Source: Chloroflexota bacterium (lineage in GTDB: Bacteria > Chloroflexota > Dehalococcoidia > Lucifugimonadales > UBA3495). From it: DNA of 64,000 bases. Below are positions 16,011-24,029 of the stretch, piece by piece (the stretch's first letter is position 1; each line of letters begins with the position of its first letter). The notes under the pieces were generated by a model. It saw nothing but the letters and a program-made list of their open reading frames with translations. It was not told where the DNA came from and did not search any database. The stretch lies in assembly GCA_027623675.1 (NCBI GenBank), contig JAQBVF010000004.1, positions 64,001 to 128,000 of the forward strand, given 5' to 3'. The position numbers were made by a program, and so were the translations under genes.

Positions 16011-17381
16011 ATGGCCGCAACCATCGTCATCGCAGGGGTCCGCAGCGGTGTGGGCAAGACCACCATCGCCAGCGGTATCATGGGCGCTCTCCACCGGCGG
16101 GGCCTGAAGGTTCAGCCGTTCAAGGCCGGCCCCGATTACATCGACCCCTCCTACCACAAACTGGCTTGCGGCGTCCCCAGCCGCAACCTGGACACCTGGC
16201 TCTGCCAACACGACACGGTGCTTGAGCTGTTTCAGAGGGCCAGCGCGGGGAGCGGCGTATCCGTTGTGGAAGGCGTCATGGGCGTTTTTGACGGCCACTC
16301 CAGCCTTACCGAAGAGGGCTCCACCGCCCAACTGGCCAAACTGCTGGGAGCGCCGGTGATTCTCATCGCCGACGCCGCCAAGGTTGCCCGCAGCGTGGCG
16401 GCCGAGGTGCTGGGCTACCAACAGTTCGATCCGGACCTGAACGTGGCCGGAGTGATCCTGAACGGCGTGGGCAGTGACCGGCATCTGGAGTTCTGCAAAC
16501 CTCAGATCGAAGCCACCACCGGGATCCCCGTCCTTGGCTACCTGCCCCGGAAGGACGAGTTCATCCAGCCGGAACGCCATCTGGGGCTGATACCAACGGT
16601 TGAAGGCACAGTGGCCCGGCAGTGGTATGACAGCGTCATCGCCCAGATCGAGGCGACCATGGATGTGGATGCCATACTGAGGCTGGCCCAAACGGCTAAG
16701 ACGCCAACCGCCAGCTCTTCGGTATACCCTGAGACATCGATCCCGGCCCGGACAACCATAGCGGTGGCCCAGGACAAGGCGTTCAATTTCTACTACCAGG
16801 ACTCTCTAGACCTATTGGAAGCATGGGGGGCGGAGCTGGCCCCGTTCAGCCCGCTGGAAGACGGCAAACTGCCGGCGGGAGTAGGAGGCATCTACCTGGG
16901 CGGAGGATTCCCCGAACTGTTCGCCGCCCAACTTGCCGCGAACAAGCCGATGCACGAGTCGGTGCGGCAAGCGGTGGCCAGGGGCGTGCCGGTCTACGCT
17001 GAATGCGGCGGCCTGATGTACCTGGGAAAGAGCCTGTCTGACCTGGAGGGCGCAACGCACCCCATGGTCGGCGTCATACCGGCGGAGTCGGCCATGTCCC
17101 AGACCCGCTTGACCCTGGGGTACCGCGAGGTCGAGTCATGCTCCGACAATCCGGTGCTGACGACGGGACAGCGGGTGCGGGGGCATGAATTTCACTGGTC
17201 AACCCTGGCCGAGCAGCCAAGACCGGACGAATCGGTGTATAAAGTGGTGGACCAGGGCGACCGTCTCGACGGTTTCCGCACCGGCAATGTGTGGGCGTCT
17301 TACGTGCACATCCACCTGGGCAGCCGCCCCGGCCTGGCCACCAGGTTCGTCGAGACCTGCGCCGGCGCCGGCGGCAGCTAA
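16011..17381 (+). CDS. cbiA: Cobyrinate a,c-diamide synthase
   Basis: SGVGKTT, FKAGPDYIDP, NLDTW, EGVMG.FDG, ERHLGL, AFNFYY, YAECGGLMYL, GHEFH, SYVHIH. Confidence 0.95.
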   Translation: MAATIVIAGVRSGVGKTTIASGIMGALHRRGLKVQPFKAGPDYIDPSYHKLACGVPSRNLDTWLCQHDTVLELFQRASAGSGVSVVEGVMGVFDGHSSLTEEGSTAQLAKLLGAPVILIADAAKVARSVAAEVLGYQQFDPDLNVAGVILNGVGSDRHLEFCKPQIEATTGIPVLGYLPRKDEFIQPERHLGLIPTVEGTVARQWYDSVIAQIEATMDVDAILRLAQTAKTPTASSSVYPETSIPARTTIAVAQDKAFNFYYQDSLDLLEAWGAELAPFSPLEDGKLPAGVGGIYLGGGFPELFAAQLAANKPMHESVRQAVARGVPVYAECGGLMYLGKSLSDLEGATHPMVGVIPAESAMSQTRLTLGYREVESCSDNPVLTTGQRVRGHEFHWSTLAEQPRPDESVYKVVDQGDRLDGFRTGNVWASYVHIHLGSRPGLATRFVETCAGAGGS

Positions 17382-17454
17382 GAAATTTTCGAATATCGCA
17401 GGGGACGCCCGCGGCCCCATGCCCGGCGTCGAACCGGCGGTATCAGGATAAATT

Positions 17455-18057
17455 ATGAGTACGGACAAACCGGCAGAACAGAGCCCCAACACGGCAGCCG
17501 AAGCAGCCGAAGGACCTCAATCGGTCACCGGCCCCAGGATCAACAAAGGTCTGTTGATCGTCAACACCGGCAAGGGCAAGGGCAAGACCACAGCCGCCAT
17601 GGGCGTTGCGATGCGCGCCTGGGGCCGCGACATGAAGGTCATAATCCTGCAGTTCATCAAGCACTCTACCGCCAATTTCGGCGAGCAGCGGGCCGCCCAT
17701 AAGATGGGCATCGAGATTCGAGCCATGGGCGACGGCTTCACCTGGCGTTCCAAAGACCTGGACCAGTCCGCCGACCTGGCGCGTGCCCAGTGGGAAGACT
17801 GCAAAGAAGTGATAGCGTCAGGCGACTACGATCTGGTGGTCCTAGACGAGTTCACCTACCCCATGCACTACGGATGGGTCGACACCGAAGAGGTGATTCA
17901 GACGCTTAAAGCCCGCCCCGAGATGCAGCATGTGATCATCACCGGCCGCAACGCCCCCGAAGCCCTCATGGAATACGCCGACCTGGTCTCCGAGATGCAG
18001 GTCATTAAGCACCCCTACCAACAGGGCATCAAAGCCCAACCGGGCATCGAGTTTTAG
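17455..18057 (+). CDS. cobO: Cob(I)yrinic acid a,c-diamide adenosyltransferase (CobA/CobO/BtuR)
   Basis: [47 protein letters not shown]. Confidence 0.95.
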   Translation: MSTDKPAEQSPNTAAEAAEGPQSVTGPRINKGLLIVNTGKGKGKTTAAMGVAMRAWGRDMKVIILQFIKHSTANFGEQRAAHKMGIEIRAMGDGFTWRSKDLDQSADLARAQWEDCKEVIASGDYDLVVLDEFTYPMHYGWVDTEEVIQTLKARPEMQHVIITGRNAPEALMEYADLVSEMQVIKHPYQQGIKAQPGIEF

Positions 18058-18103
18058 TCCAGGCTGGTTGATTCAGATTCAGCCCGGCCAACGGAGGTTG
18101 AAT

Positions 18104-18733
18104 ATGCCGACTCCAACGTTTGAAGAAGTCTGGGAAAGGCTTAAAGAATTGGAAGGCAAGACCATCATTACGCTGGGAGTCAAACGTCCTAATCGCATCG
18201 TTGGATTCTCGGCAAGCAAAATGATTCGGCAGACGCGAACCAGCGACGGAAAGGGATGGAAGGAACCCACGGTTGTGCCAAAAAGCGCTTTTCGTGCTAT
18301 TTGGGAGAAATTAGCTGAAACCGGGGTTTGCGAGATTAGTGAAGCCAAGGGGGGATGGTATGTTGCAGCCGCATGCCTGGTCGAAGTCCCCAAGTTGGGC
18401 GTCGAATTGCTGCTGGAGAGGAAACATCCAACCATCGAACTCAAAGATTGGCAACGCACGCCCAATGTCGAAACTCGAATGAACAATGTTGACGAGGACC
18501 ATGATGGGTTCGGCGATCTTGACCGGATTGTGGTTGACCCGGACATATGCAGTGGAAAGCCGACCATCCGGGGTACCCGAATCATGGTTACCAATATTCT
18601 CGGGATGATGGCCGGAGGTTACTCGGCAGCAGGCGTTATCGAGAGCTATCCTGAATTGACTAAAGCCGACGTTTCGGCAGCCTTAGATTATGCCTCCCAG
18701 ATCGTAAACGAGGAAAAGGTAATTGCCCGGTAG
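18104..18733 (+). CDS. DUF433 antitoxin-like domain fused to an unknown N-terminal domain
   Basis: C-terminal RIVVDPDICSGKPTIRGTRI.V..IL..MA.G.....I..YPEL...DV.AALDYA. GGAGG RBS before ATG 18104. Visibly more AT-rich than the flanks. Confidence 0.82.
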   Translation: MPTPTFEEVWERLKELEGKTIITLGVKRPNRIVGFSASKMIRQTRTSDGKGWKEPTVVPKSAFRAIWEKLAETGVCEISEAKGGWYVAAACLVEVPKLGVELLLERKHPTIELKDWQRTPNVETRMNNVDEDHDGFGDLDRIVVDPDICSGKPTIRGTRIMVTNILGMMAGGYSAAGVIESYPELTKADVSAALDYASQIVNEEKVIAR

Positions 18734-19124
18734 TGATGAACCGCCGGTCATTCGAGTCCTTCTGGACCAAAATGTTCCGCGGGAGATTGGCACCTGGTTG
18801 GGGCAATCAAAGCCCGGGTGGCAGATCTCCCACACCAGTAGTGTGGCTCTTGACGGGGAGCCAGATTCAGCCGTGTACCGATGGGCACAAGACCACGAAG
18901 CCGTCGTCGTGACGTTTGACGGGGACTTCGCGGACCGCCGTGGATTTGCAGTTGGCATCCATTATGGAATAATTCGTCTTCGAGTGTGGCCCACCACCGT
19001 GGAAGAGACTATCTTGGCATTGCAACGGCTTTTTGAGGCTGTGGCAGACTGCGAGATCGTTGGTGCCTTGATAATCGTAGGACGGAACACCATAAGGGTC
19101 CGCTCGCTTAGACGACCAAGTTGA
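18723..19124 (+). CDS. DUF5615/VapC45-like PIN-domain toxin
   Basis: LLDQNVP..., D..V..WA......VVTFD.DF, GIIRLR. Overlaps the end of the DUF433 gene. Start uncertain. Confidence 0.8.
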   Translation: MPGSDEPPVIRVLLDQNVPREIGTWLGQSKPGWQISHTSSVALDGEPDSAVYRWAQDHEAVVVTFDGDFADRRGFAVGIHYGIIRLRVWPTTVEETILALQRLFEAVADCEIVGALIIVGRNTIRVRSLRRPS

Positions 19125-19140
19125 GAATAGGAGGGCCGCA

Positions 19141-20229
19141 TTGGCTATCTCAGACCTTATTGACCGCACGATAAGCGAAATCGTGCCCCTGGACGAGGAC
19201 GCAATGTCCGCCGCCCGGGCCAGGCAGGACCAACTTACCAAGCCCCTCGGCAGCCTGGGCCGCTTGGAAGACCTTTCGGTACAGCTCGCCGGGATCTTCG
19301 GTCAGGCTACCCCCAGCATCGGCAAGAGGACCGTCATCTTGGCGGCCGGCGACCACGGCGTGGTTGCCGAGGGCATCAGCGCCTACCCGCAGGACGTGAC
19401 CCCGGCCATGGTGATGAACTTCCTGGGCGGCGGTGCAGCCATCAACGCGCTGGCGAAGCACGCCGGGGCCGACATCGTGGTCATCGACGCGGGGGTAGCC
19501 GCCGACCTGCCGCCGCACCCGTCCCTCCGCTCGGCCAAAGTCGGGCCGGGCACCGCCAACATCGCCGTCGGGCCGGCCATGACCCGGGAGCAGGCGATTC
19601 AATGCCTGGAGATAGGCATTCAGGCGGCCACGGAGCAGATCGCAGCCGGCGCTGACCTGATCGGTTGCGGCGATATGGGCATCGGCAACACCACCCCATC
19701 ATCCGCAATCACCTCGGTGATCACCGGAGCAGCTACCGACGTCACCACCGGAAGGGGCACCGGCCTGGACGACACCGGCCTGGCCCACAAGGCTTCAGTC
19801 GTCCAGCGGGCCATCGACGTCAACCGCCCCGACCCCAAGGACGGCCTGGACGTACTGATGAAGGTTGGCGGGTTCGAGATCGGCGTGCTGGCCGGCGTGT
19901 TCCTTGGGGCCGCGGCCGGTCATCGTCCCGTGGTGGTTGACGGGTTCATATCCGGCGCGGCGGCGCTCATCGCCTACACCATCGCCCCCGAGGCCGTACA
20001 CCGGTTCATCGCGTCCCACCAATCGGTTGAGCCCGGACACCGCCTCGCCCTCGCCCACATGGAACTGAGCCCGTTGCTGGACCTGGGAATGAGGCTGGGT
20101 GAAGGCACCGGAGCAGCCCTGTCCATGCACATCATCGAAGCGGCGGCGAATTGCCTTTCCGGCATGGCCACCTTCGCCGAGGCCGGTGTCTCCGGGAAGA
20201 TCGAAGACGGCGAGGAGGCTGGCTCCTGA
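19141..20229 (+). CDS. cobT: Nicotinate-nucleotide--dimethylbenzimidazole phosphoribosyltransferase
   Basis: LTKPLGSLGRLE, AGDHGV, GGAAIN, GDMGIGNTT, GRGTG, GGFEI, DGFI, LDLGMRLGEGTGA. Confidence 0.96.
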   Translation: MAISDLIDRTISEIVPLDEDAMSAARARQDQLTKPLGSLGRLEDLSVQLAGIFGQATPSIGKRTVILAAGDHGVVAEGISAYPQDVTPAMVMNFLGGGAAINALAKHAGADIVVIDAGVAADLPPHPSLRSAKVGPGTANIAVGPAMTREQAIQCLEIGIQAATEQIAAGADLIGCGDMGIGNTTPSSAITSVITGAATDVTTGRGTGLDDTGLAHKASVVQRAIDVNRPDPKDGLDVLMKVGGFEIGVLAGVFLGAAAGHRPVVVDGFISGAAALIAYTIAPEAVHRFIASHQSVEPGHRLALAHMELSPLLDLGMRLGEGTGAALSMHIIEAAANCLSGMATFAEAGVSGKIEDGEEAGS

Positions 20230-21029
20230 TCTCCGGCTGGCTCAATTCCCTCAGATTGGCGGTGACCTTCCTCACCATCTTCCCGGCCTCGCGCGGCCTG
20301 GACATCGGCCCGAAAGACATCAGCAACTCCCGGGCCTTCTACCCCGCCGTGGGGCTGCTGATGGGCCTGCTCTTGGTTGGCGTCGAATACGGTTCCAGCC
20401 GGCTGTTCCCCGAGCCGTTGACCGCCGCGCTTCTGGTGGCGGTCATGGTCATCGTCACACGGGCACTCCACCTGGACGGACTGATGGATGTGTGCGACGG
20501 CGTATTCGGCGGCTTCACCCCGGAACGGCGTTTGGAGATCATGCGCGACTCCCGGGTGGGAGCGTTCGGCGTGGCGGGCGGCGTGACCCTCCTGTTGCTG
20601 AAGTACGGCGCATTGCTCGCCTTGCTGACCCTGCGTGAGCCCGGCAAGGAATGGGCGTTGCTGCTGTTTCCGGCCCTCTCCCGGTGGACTATGGTGGTCC
20701 TGCTGGGGGCCTTCCCATACATCAGGTCGGCGGGATTGGGGTCGCCTTTCCACGGGGTCGATACCAAGAAATCCACCGGATTCGCCGGCCTCACCGCCTT
20801 GGCAGCCGCTGTCCTGTTGGGCGGGTTCGCCGGGCTGGGTCTATTCTTCGGCGTCGTCGTCCTGGCATGGTTCCTGGGTTGGGCCATGGCCAAGTCCCTG
20901 GGTGGGCTATCCGGCGACACCTACGGCGCAACCAACGAGATGATCGAGACCGTGGTCATCATTGCCGCCGTCGCCCTGGCAGGCCAGGAATGGCTGGAAC
21001 CGCTGCCCAACCTGCTGGACCGTTTGTGA
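20226..21029 (+). CDS. cobS: Adenosylcobinamide-GDP ribazoletransferase (cobalamin synthase)
   Basis: FLT.FP, ALHLDGLMD..DG, IMRDSRVGAFG, GGLSGDTYGA..E. Start proposed at CTG 20226. Confidence 0.92.
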   Translation: MISGWLNSLRLAVTFLTIFPASRGLDIGPKDISNSRAFYPAVGLLMGLLLVGVEYGSSRLFPEPLTAALLVAVMVIVTRALHLDGLMDVCDGVFGGFTPERRLEIMRDSRVGAFGVAGGVTLLLLKYGALLALLTLREPGKEWALLLFPALSRWTMVVLLGAFPYIRSAGLGSPFHGVDTKKSTGFAGLTALAAAVLLGGFAGLGLFFGVVVLAWFLGWAMAKSLGGLSGDTYGATNEMIETVVIIAAVALAGQEWLEPLPNLLDRL

Positions 21030-21979
21030 TGTATTCCGGATATGACGATCTGGCGGTTTTGGCTCTGGCGGTCGCCCTGGACCTGATCTTTGGGGAGCCG
21101 CCCATGTGGGCCCACCCCACGGTCTGGATCGGGCGGCATATCGGGTTCCTGGAGAAGCGTGCGCCCAGGGAAGGCTTTGCCGGTCTGGCGGCGGGTGTGA
21201 TCATCGCCCTGACCCTGCCTATCTTCTGGGGAGTCGTCATGTACCTGGTGGCGGTGGGATTGAAGGAGATTCACACGGTGGTCTACATCCTGGTCGGCGC
21301 TGCCCTGCTTAAGACCACATTCTCTGTCCGGCTGCTGCACCGGGAGGCGGAACTGGTCCGGGGGCACCTGGACCGGGGAGACATGGACCAGGTGCGGGCG
21401 CGGATGCCTTCGTTGGTCAGCCGCGACCCGGGCAGCCTGACCGCCGAACAGGCCACCGCCGCCACGGTTGAGTCGGTGTCGGAGAACATCAACGACAGCT
21501 TTCTGGCGCCCTGGTTGTTCTTCGCCATCTTCGGGCTGCCTGGGGCGTTTGCCTACCGGGCGGTGAACACGCTGGACAGTATGATAGGCTACCGGGGCGT
21601 GTACGAGCGCTTGGGCAAGGCCTCGGCCCGGTTGGACGACCTGCTGAACCTCGTCCCGGCGCGGCTGGCCGGGCTGCTCTTGGTGGCGGCCAGCGGCTTC
21701 CTGCCGGGGCAGCGTATAGGCGGGGCCTGGAGCGCCATGTGGCGGCACCACGGCCGCACCCAGAGTCCCAACGCCGGCTGGACCATGAGCGGCATGGCCG
21801 GGGCGCTGGGGGTGCAGCTTGAGAAGGTCGATCCGAAGGCCGGCTACAAACTGGGCGACCCGGACCGGCCCCTGGAACCCCAAGACATCCGCCGCGCGGT
21901 CCAGTCCATGTACCTGGTTGGCTTTTTCGGGGTGATCATCGCCCTGGCCGTGGTCTACGCCCGTGGCAGTATCCTTTAG
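21029..21979 (+). CDS. cbiB: Adenosylcobinamide-phosphate synthase
   Basis: DLIFGEPP..HPTVWIG, LVSRD, ESVSEN..D, YRAVNTLDSMIGY, ARLDD.LNLVPARL, SPNAGW. TGATG overlap with cobS. Confidence 0.93.
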   Translation: MYSGYDDLAVLALAVALDLIFGEPPMWAHPTVWIGRHIGFLEKRAPREGFAGLAAGVIIALTLPIFWGVVMYLVAVGLKEIHTVVYILVGAALLKTTFSVRLLHREAELVRGHLDRGDMDQVRARMPSLVSRDPGSLTAEQATAATVESVSENINDSFLAPWLFFAIFGLPGAFAYRAVNTLDSMIGYRGVYERLGKASARLDDLLNLVPARLAGLLLVAASGFLPGQRIGGAWSAMWRHHGRTQSPNAGWTMSGMAGALGVQLEKVDPKAGYKLGDPDRPLEPQDIRRAVQSMYLVGFFGVIIALAVVYARGSIL

Positions 21980-21996
21980 CAGCGATAGCATATTAG

Positions 21997-23139
21997 ATGT
22001 CCGACCAACAACCAGATAACGCGGTGGGCCGCCCCGTCCATGGGGGTTTGAAGCCCAGAGAACTGCGCGACCTTGGCCTTAATCCTGAAGACCTGGTGGA
22101 TTTCAGCGCCAGCATCAGCCCCATCGGCCCTCCCGAAGGCGTCTGGGAGGCCATCCGTAGCGTGGACCTGAGCGCCTATCCCGACCCCGAATGCCTAGAC
22201 CTGCGCGAGGCTATCTGCCGGCACATCTCGACGCCCTCCCGCCAGATCCCCATAGAACGGGTGCTGGTGGGCAACGGTTCCACCGAGATATTCCACCTGC
22301 TCACCCGGGTTTACCTTTCGCCGGCCAACTCCGCTGTTTTGCTAACGCCGACCTACGGCGAATACGACGGCGCTTGCCGCCTGTCCGGGGCAACTGTATT
22401 TAACCTTGAGGCCGACCTGACCGGCGGTTTCCGGTGGGACATGGAAGCGGCTGCCATTCTGATCGCCGCCGAGCGGCCCAAGCTGGTGATCGTCTGCAAC
22501 CCCAACAATCCAACCGGCGTCTACCTGGATCTGGGGGAGATCGAGGCGCTGGCCAAGGCCGCGGATGATGCCGGCAGCCTGCTGGTTGTGGACGAGGCCT
22601 ATCTGGCCTTCGTGGCAGACCCGTGGGACTCCCTGGCGCTGCTGCACCGTCCCAACGTTATGCTGGTGCGCTCCATGACTAAAGACTACGCCCAGACCGC
22701 CCTTCGCCTGGGGTACGCTCTGGCCTCTGAGGATGTGGTCGCCCGGCTCCGGGCCTACCAGCCCGATTGGAGCGTCAACGGCCTTGCTCAGAAGGCGGGC
22801 ATATCAGCCCTGGAAGATGCGGGGTATCTGCCCAGGGCAAGGGAAGCCGTTTTCTCAGCCAAGGCGTATCTGACCGCCGAATTCCAGGCGCTGGGTTTGG
22901 AAGTCCCCCAATCCGATGCCAACTTCCTGTTGGTCCGCGTCGGTAACGCAGCCACGTGGCGGGCATCACTGCTGGCCAAAGGAGTGGTGGTGCGCGACTG
23001 TGCATCGTTCGGCCTCCCCGAGTACATCCGCGTCGGAGTCCGGGCCATGGCTGACTGCCGGGTGTTGGCGGCCGCGGTGGCCGACGTTGCACGGTCCGCC
23101 GGTCTGGGCGCCCTTGATGATTCGAAGCCTGGCGATTAG
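21997..23139 (+). CDS. cobD: Threonine-phosphate decarboxylase / HisC-like PLP enzyme
   Basis: HGG...DFSAS..P, YPDP, GNGSTE, CNPNNPTG, VDEAY, RSMTKDY..LRLGY. Located in the cob operon. Confidence 0.8.
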   Translation: MSDQQPDNAVGRPVHGGLKPRELRDLGLNPEDLVDFSASISPIGPPEGVWEAIRSVDLSAYPDPECLDLREAICRHISTPSRQIPIERVLVGNGSTEIFHLLTRVYLSPANSAVLLTPTYGEYDGACRLSGATVFNLEADLTGGFRWDMEAAAILIAAERPKLVIVCNPNNPTGVYLDLGEIEALAKAADDAGSLLVVDEAYLAFVADPWDSLALLHRPNVMLVRSMTKDYAQTALRLGYALASEDVVARLRAYQPDWSVNGLAQKAGISALEDAGYLPRAREAVFSAKAYLTAEFQALGLEVPQSDANFLLVRVGNAATWRASLLAKGVVVRDCASFGLPEYIRVGVRAMADCRVLAAAVADVARSAGLGALDDSKPGD

Positions 23140-23200
23140 AATCTAGGCTGATACCCGGGTTCCCAAGTACGAACCAACCGAACGTTAGGAGTCTCCTGCC

Positions 23201-23815
23201 ATGACTACTACTCGACAGACCAGTACCGGACTGACCGTTGGAGATAGCACATTCAACGAGGCATTCGGCGCCCCATCCGACCGGGCAGTCCTCAAGCTCA
23301 AGTCCCATATGACCCCCTACGTTCAGGAGTTCATCCGCGCCGCTCCCTTCGCCGTCATGGCCACCGCCGGTGAAGATGGCCGCTGCGATGCCTCCCCCAA
23401 GGGCGGCAAGCCCGGTTTCGTCAAGGTGCTGGACGAGAAGCGCCTCCTGTTCCCCGATGTGGCCGGCAACCGGCTCTTCCAGTCCTACCAGAATATCGAG
23501 GGCAACCCCTATATCGCTCTGCTGTTCTGCATACCAGGCATCAACGACACTGTCCGCGTCAACGGCAAGGTCACCATCGTCAATAGAGAGGAACTCCAAC
23601 GGCAGAACATCGAACTGTCCCTCTACGAGACCGACGACAACTCCAAGCACCTACAAGGGATGCTCGTTGAGGTTGAAGAGTCCTACGGACATTGCCCCCG
23701 GGCCTTCAAATTCTCCAAGCTCTGGGACCCCGGCGAGATCGCCAAGAATCAGTCATCTTCGCCCATCCCAGAACGCACGGATGAGAACTACTACAGCCAC
23801 CAAGAGGGCGCATAG
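23201..23815 (+). CDS. Pyridoxamine 5'-phosphate oxidase-like FMN-binding protein
   Basis: FI..APF.VMAT....CDASPKGG.PGFV.V, PD..GN....S..NI..NP, RVNG, HCPRA. Confidence 0.85.
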   Translation: MTTTRQTSTGLTVGDSTFNEAFGAPSDRAVLKLKSHMTPYVQEFIRAAPFAVMATAGEDGRCDASPKGGKPGFVKVLDEKRLLFPDVAGNRLFQSYQNIEGNPYIALLFCIPGINDTVRVNGKVTIVNREELQRQNIELSLYETDDNSKHLQGMLVEVEESYGHCPRAFKFSKLWDPGEIAKNQSSSPIPERTDENYYSHQEGA

Positions 23816-23853
23816 CCGGCAGAGACCGGCAGTAGATCGAGAGGAAATCATGG

Positions 23854-23886
23854 GAGGCGCCGGACATTTGTCCGGCGCCTCTTTTT
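23854..23886 (+). terminator. Intrinsic terminator
   Basis: GAGGCGCCGGAC-ATTT-GTCCGGCGCCTC followed by T5. Confidence 0.82.
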
Positions 23887-24029
23887 CGCGTTTGGAACCA
23901 GTCTGAAAAGGTCTTTAGAACCCTCCTGGTGGGAGGAATTTCTTGGGGCCGGTCTCGGTTTACAACGACGATGACCCACCGTAAGATGGGGTGAAACCTC
24001 TAACCCGAATCAACCAAGGATTTCTGCAG

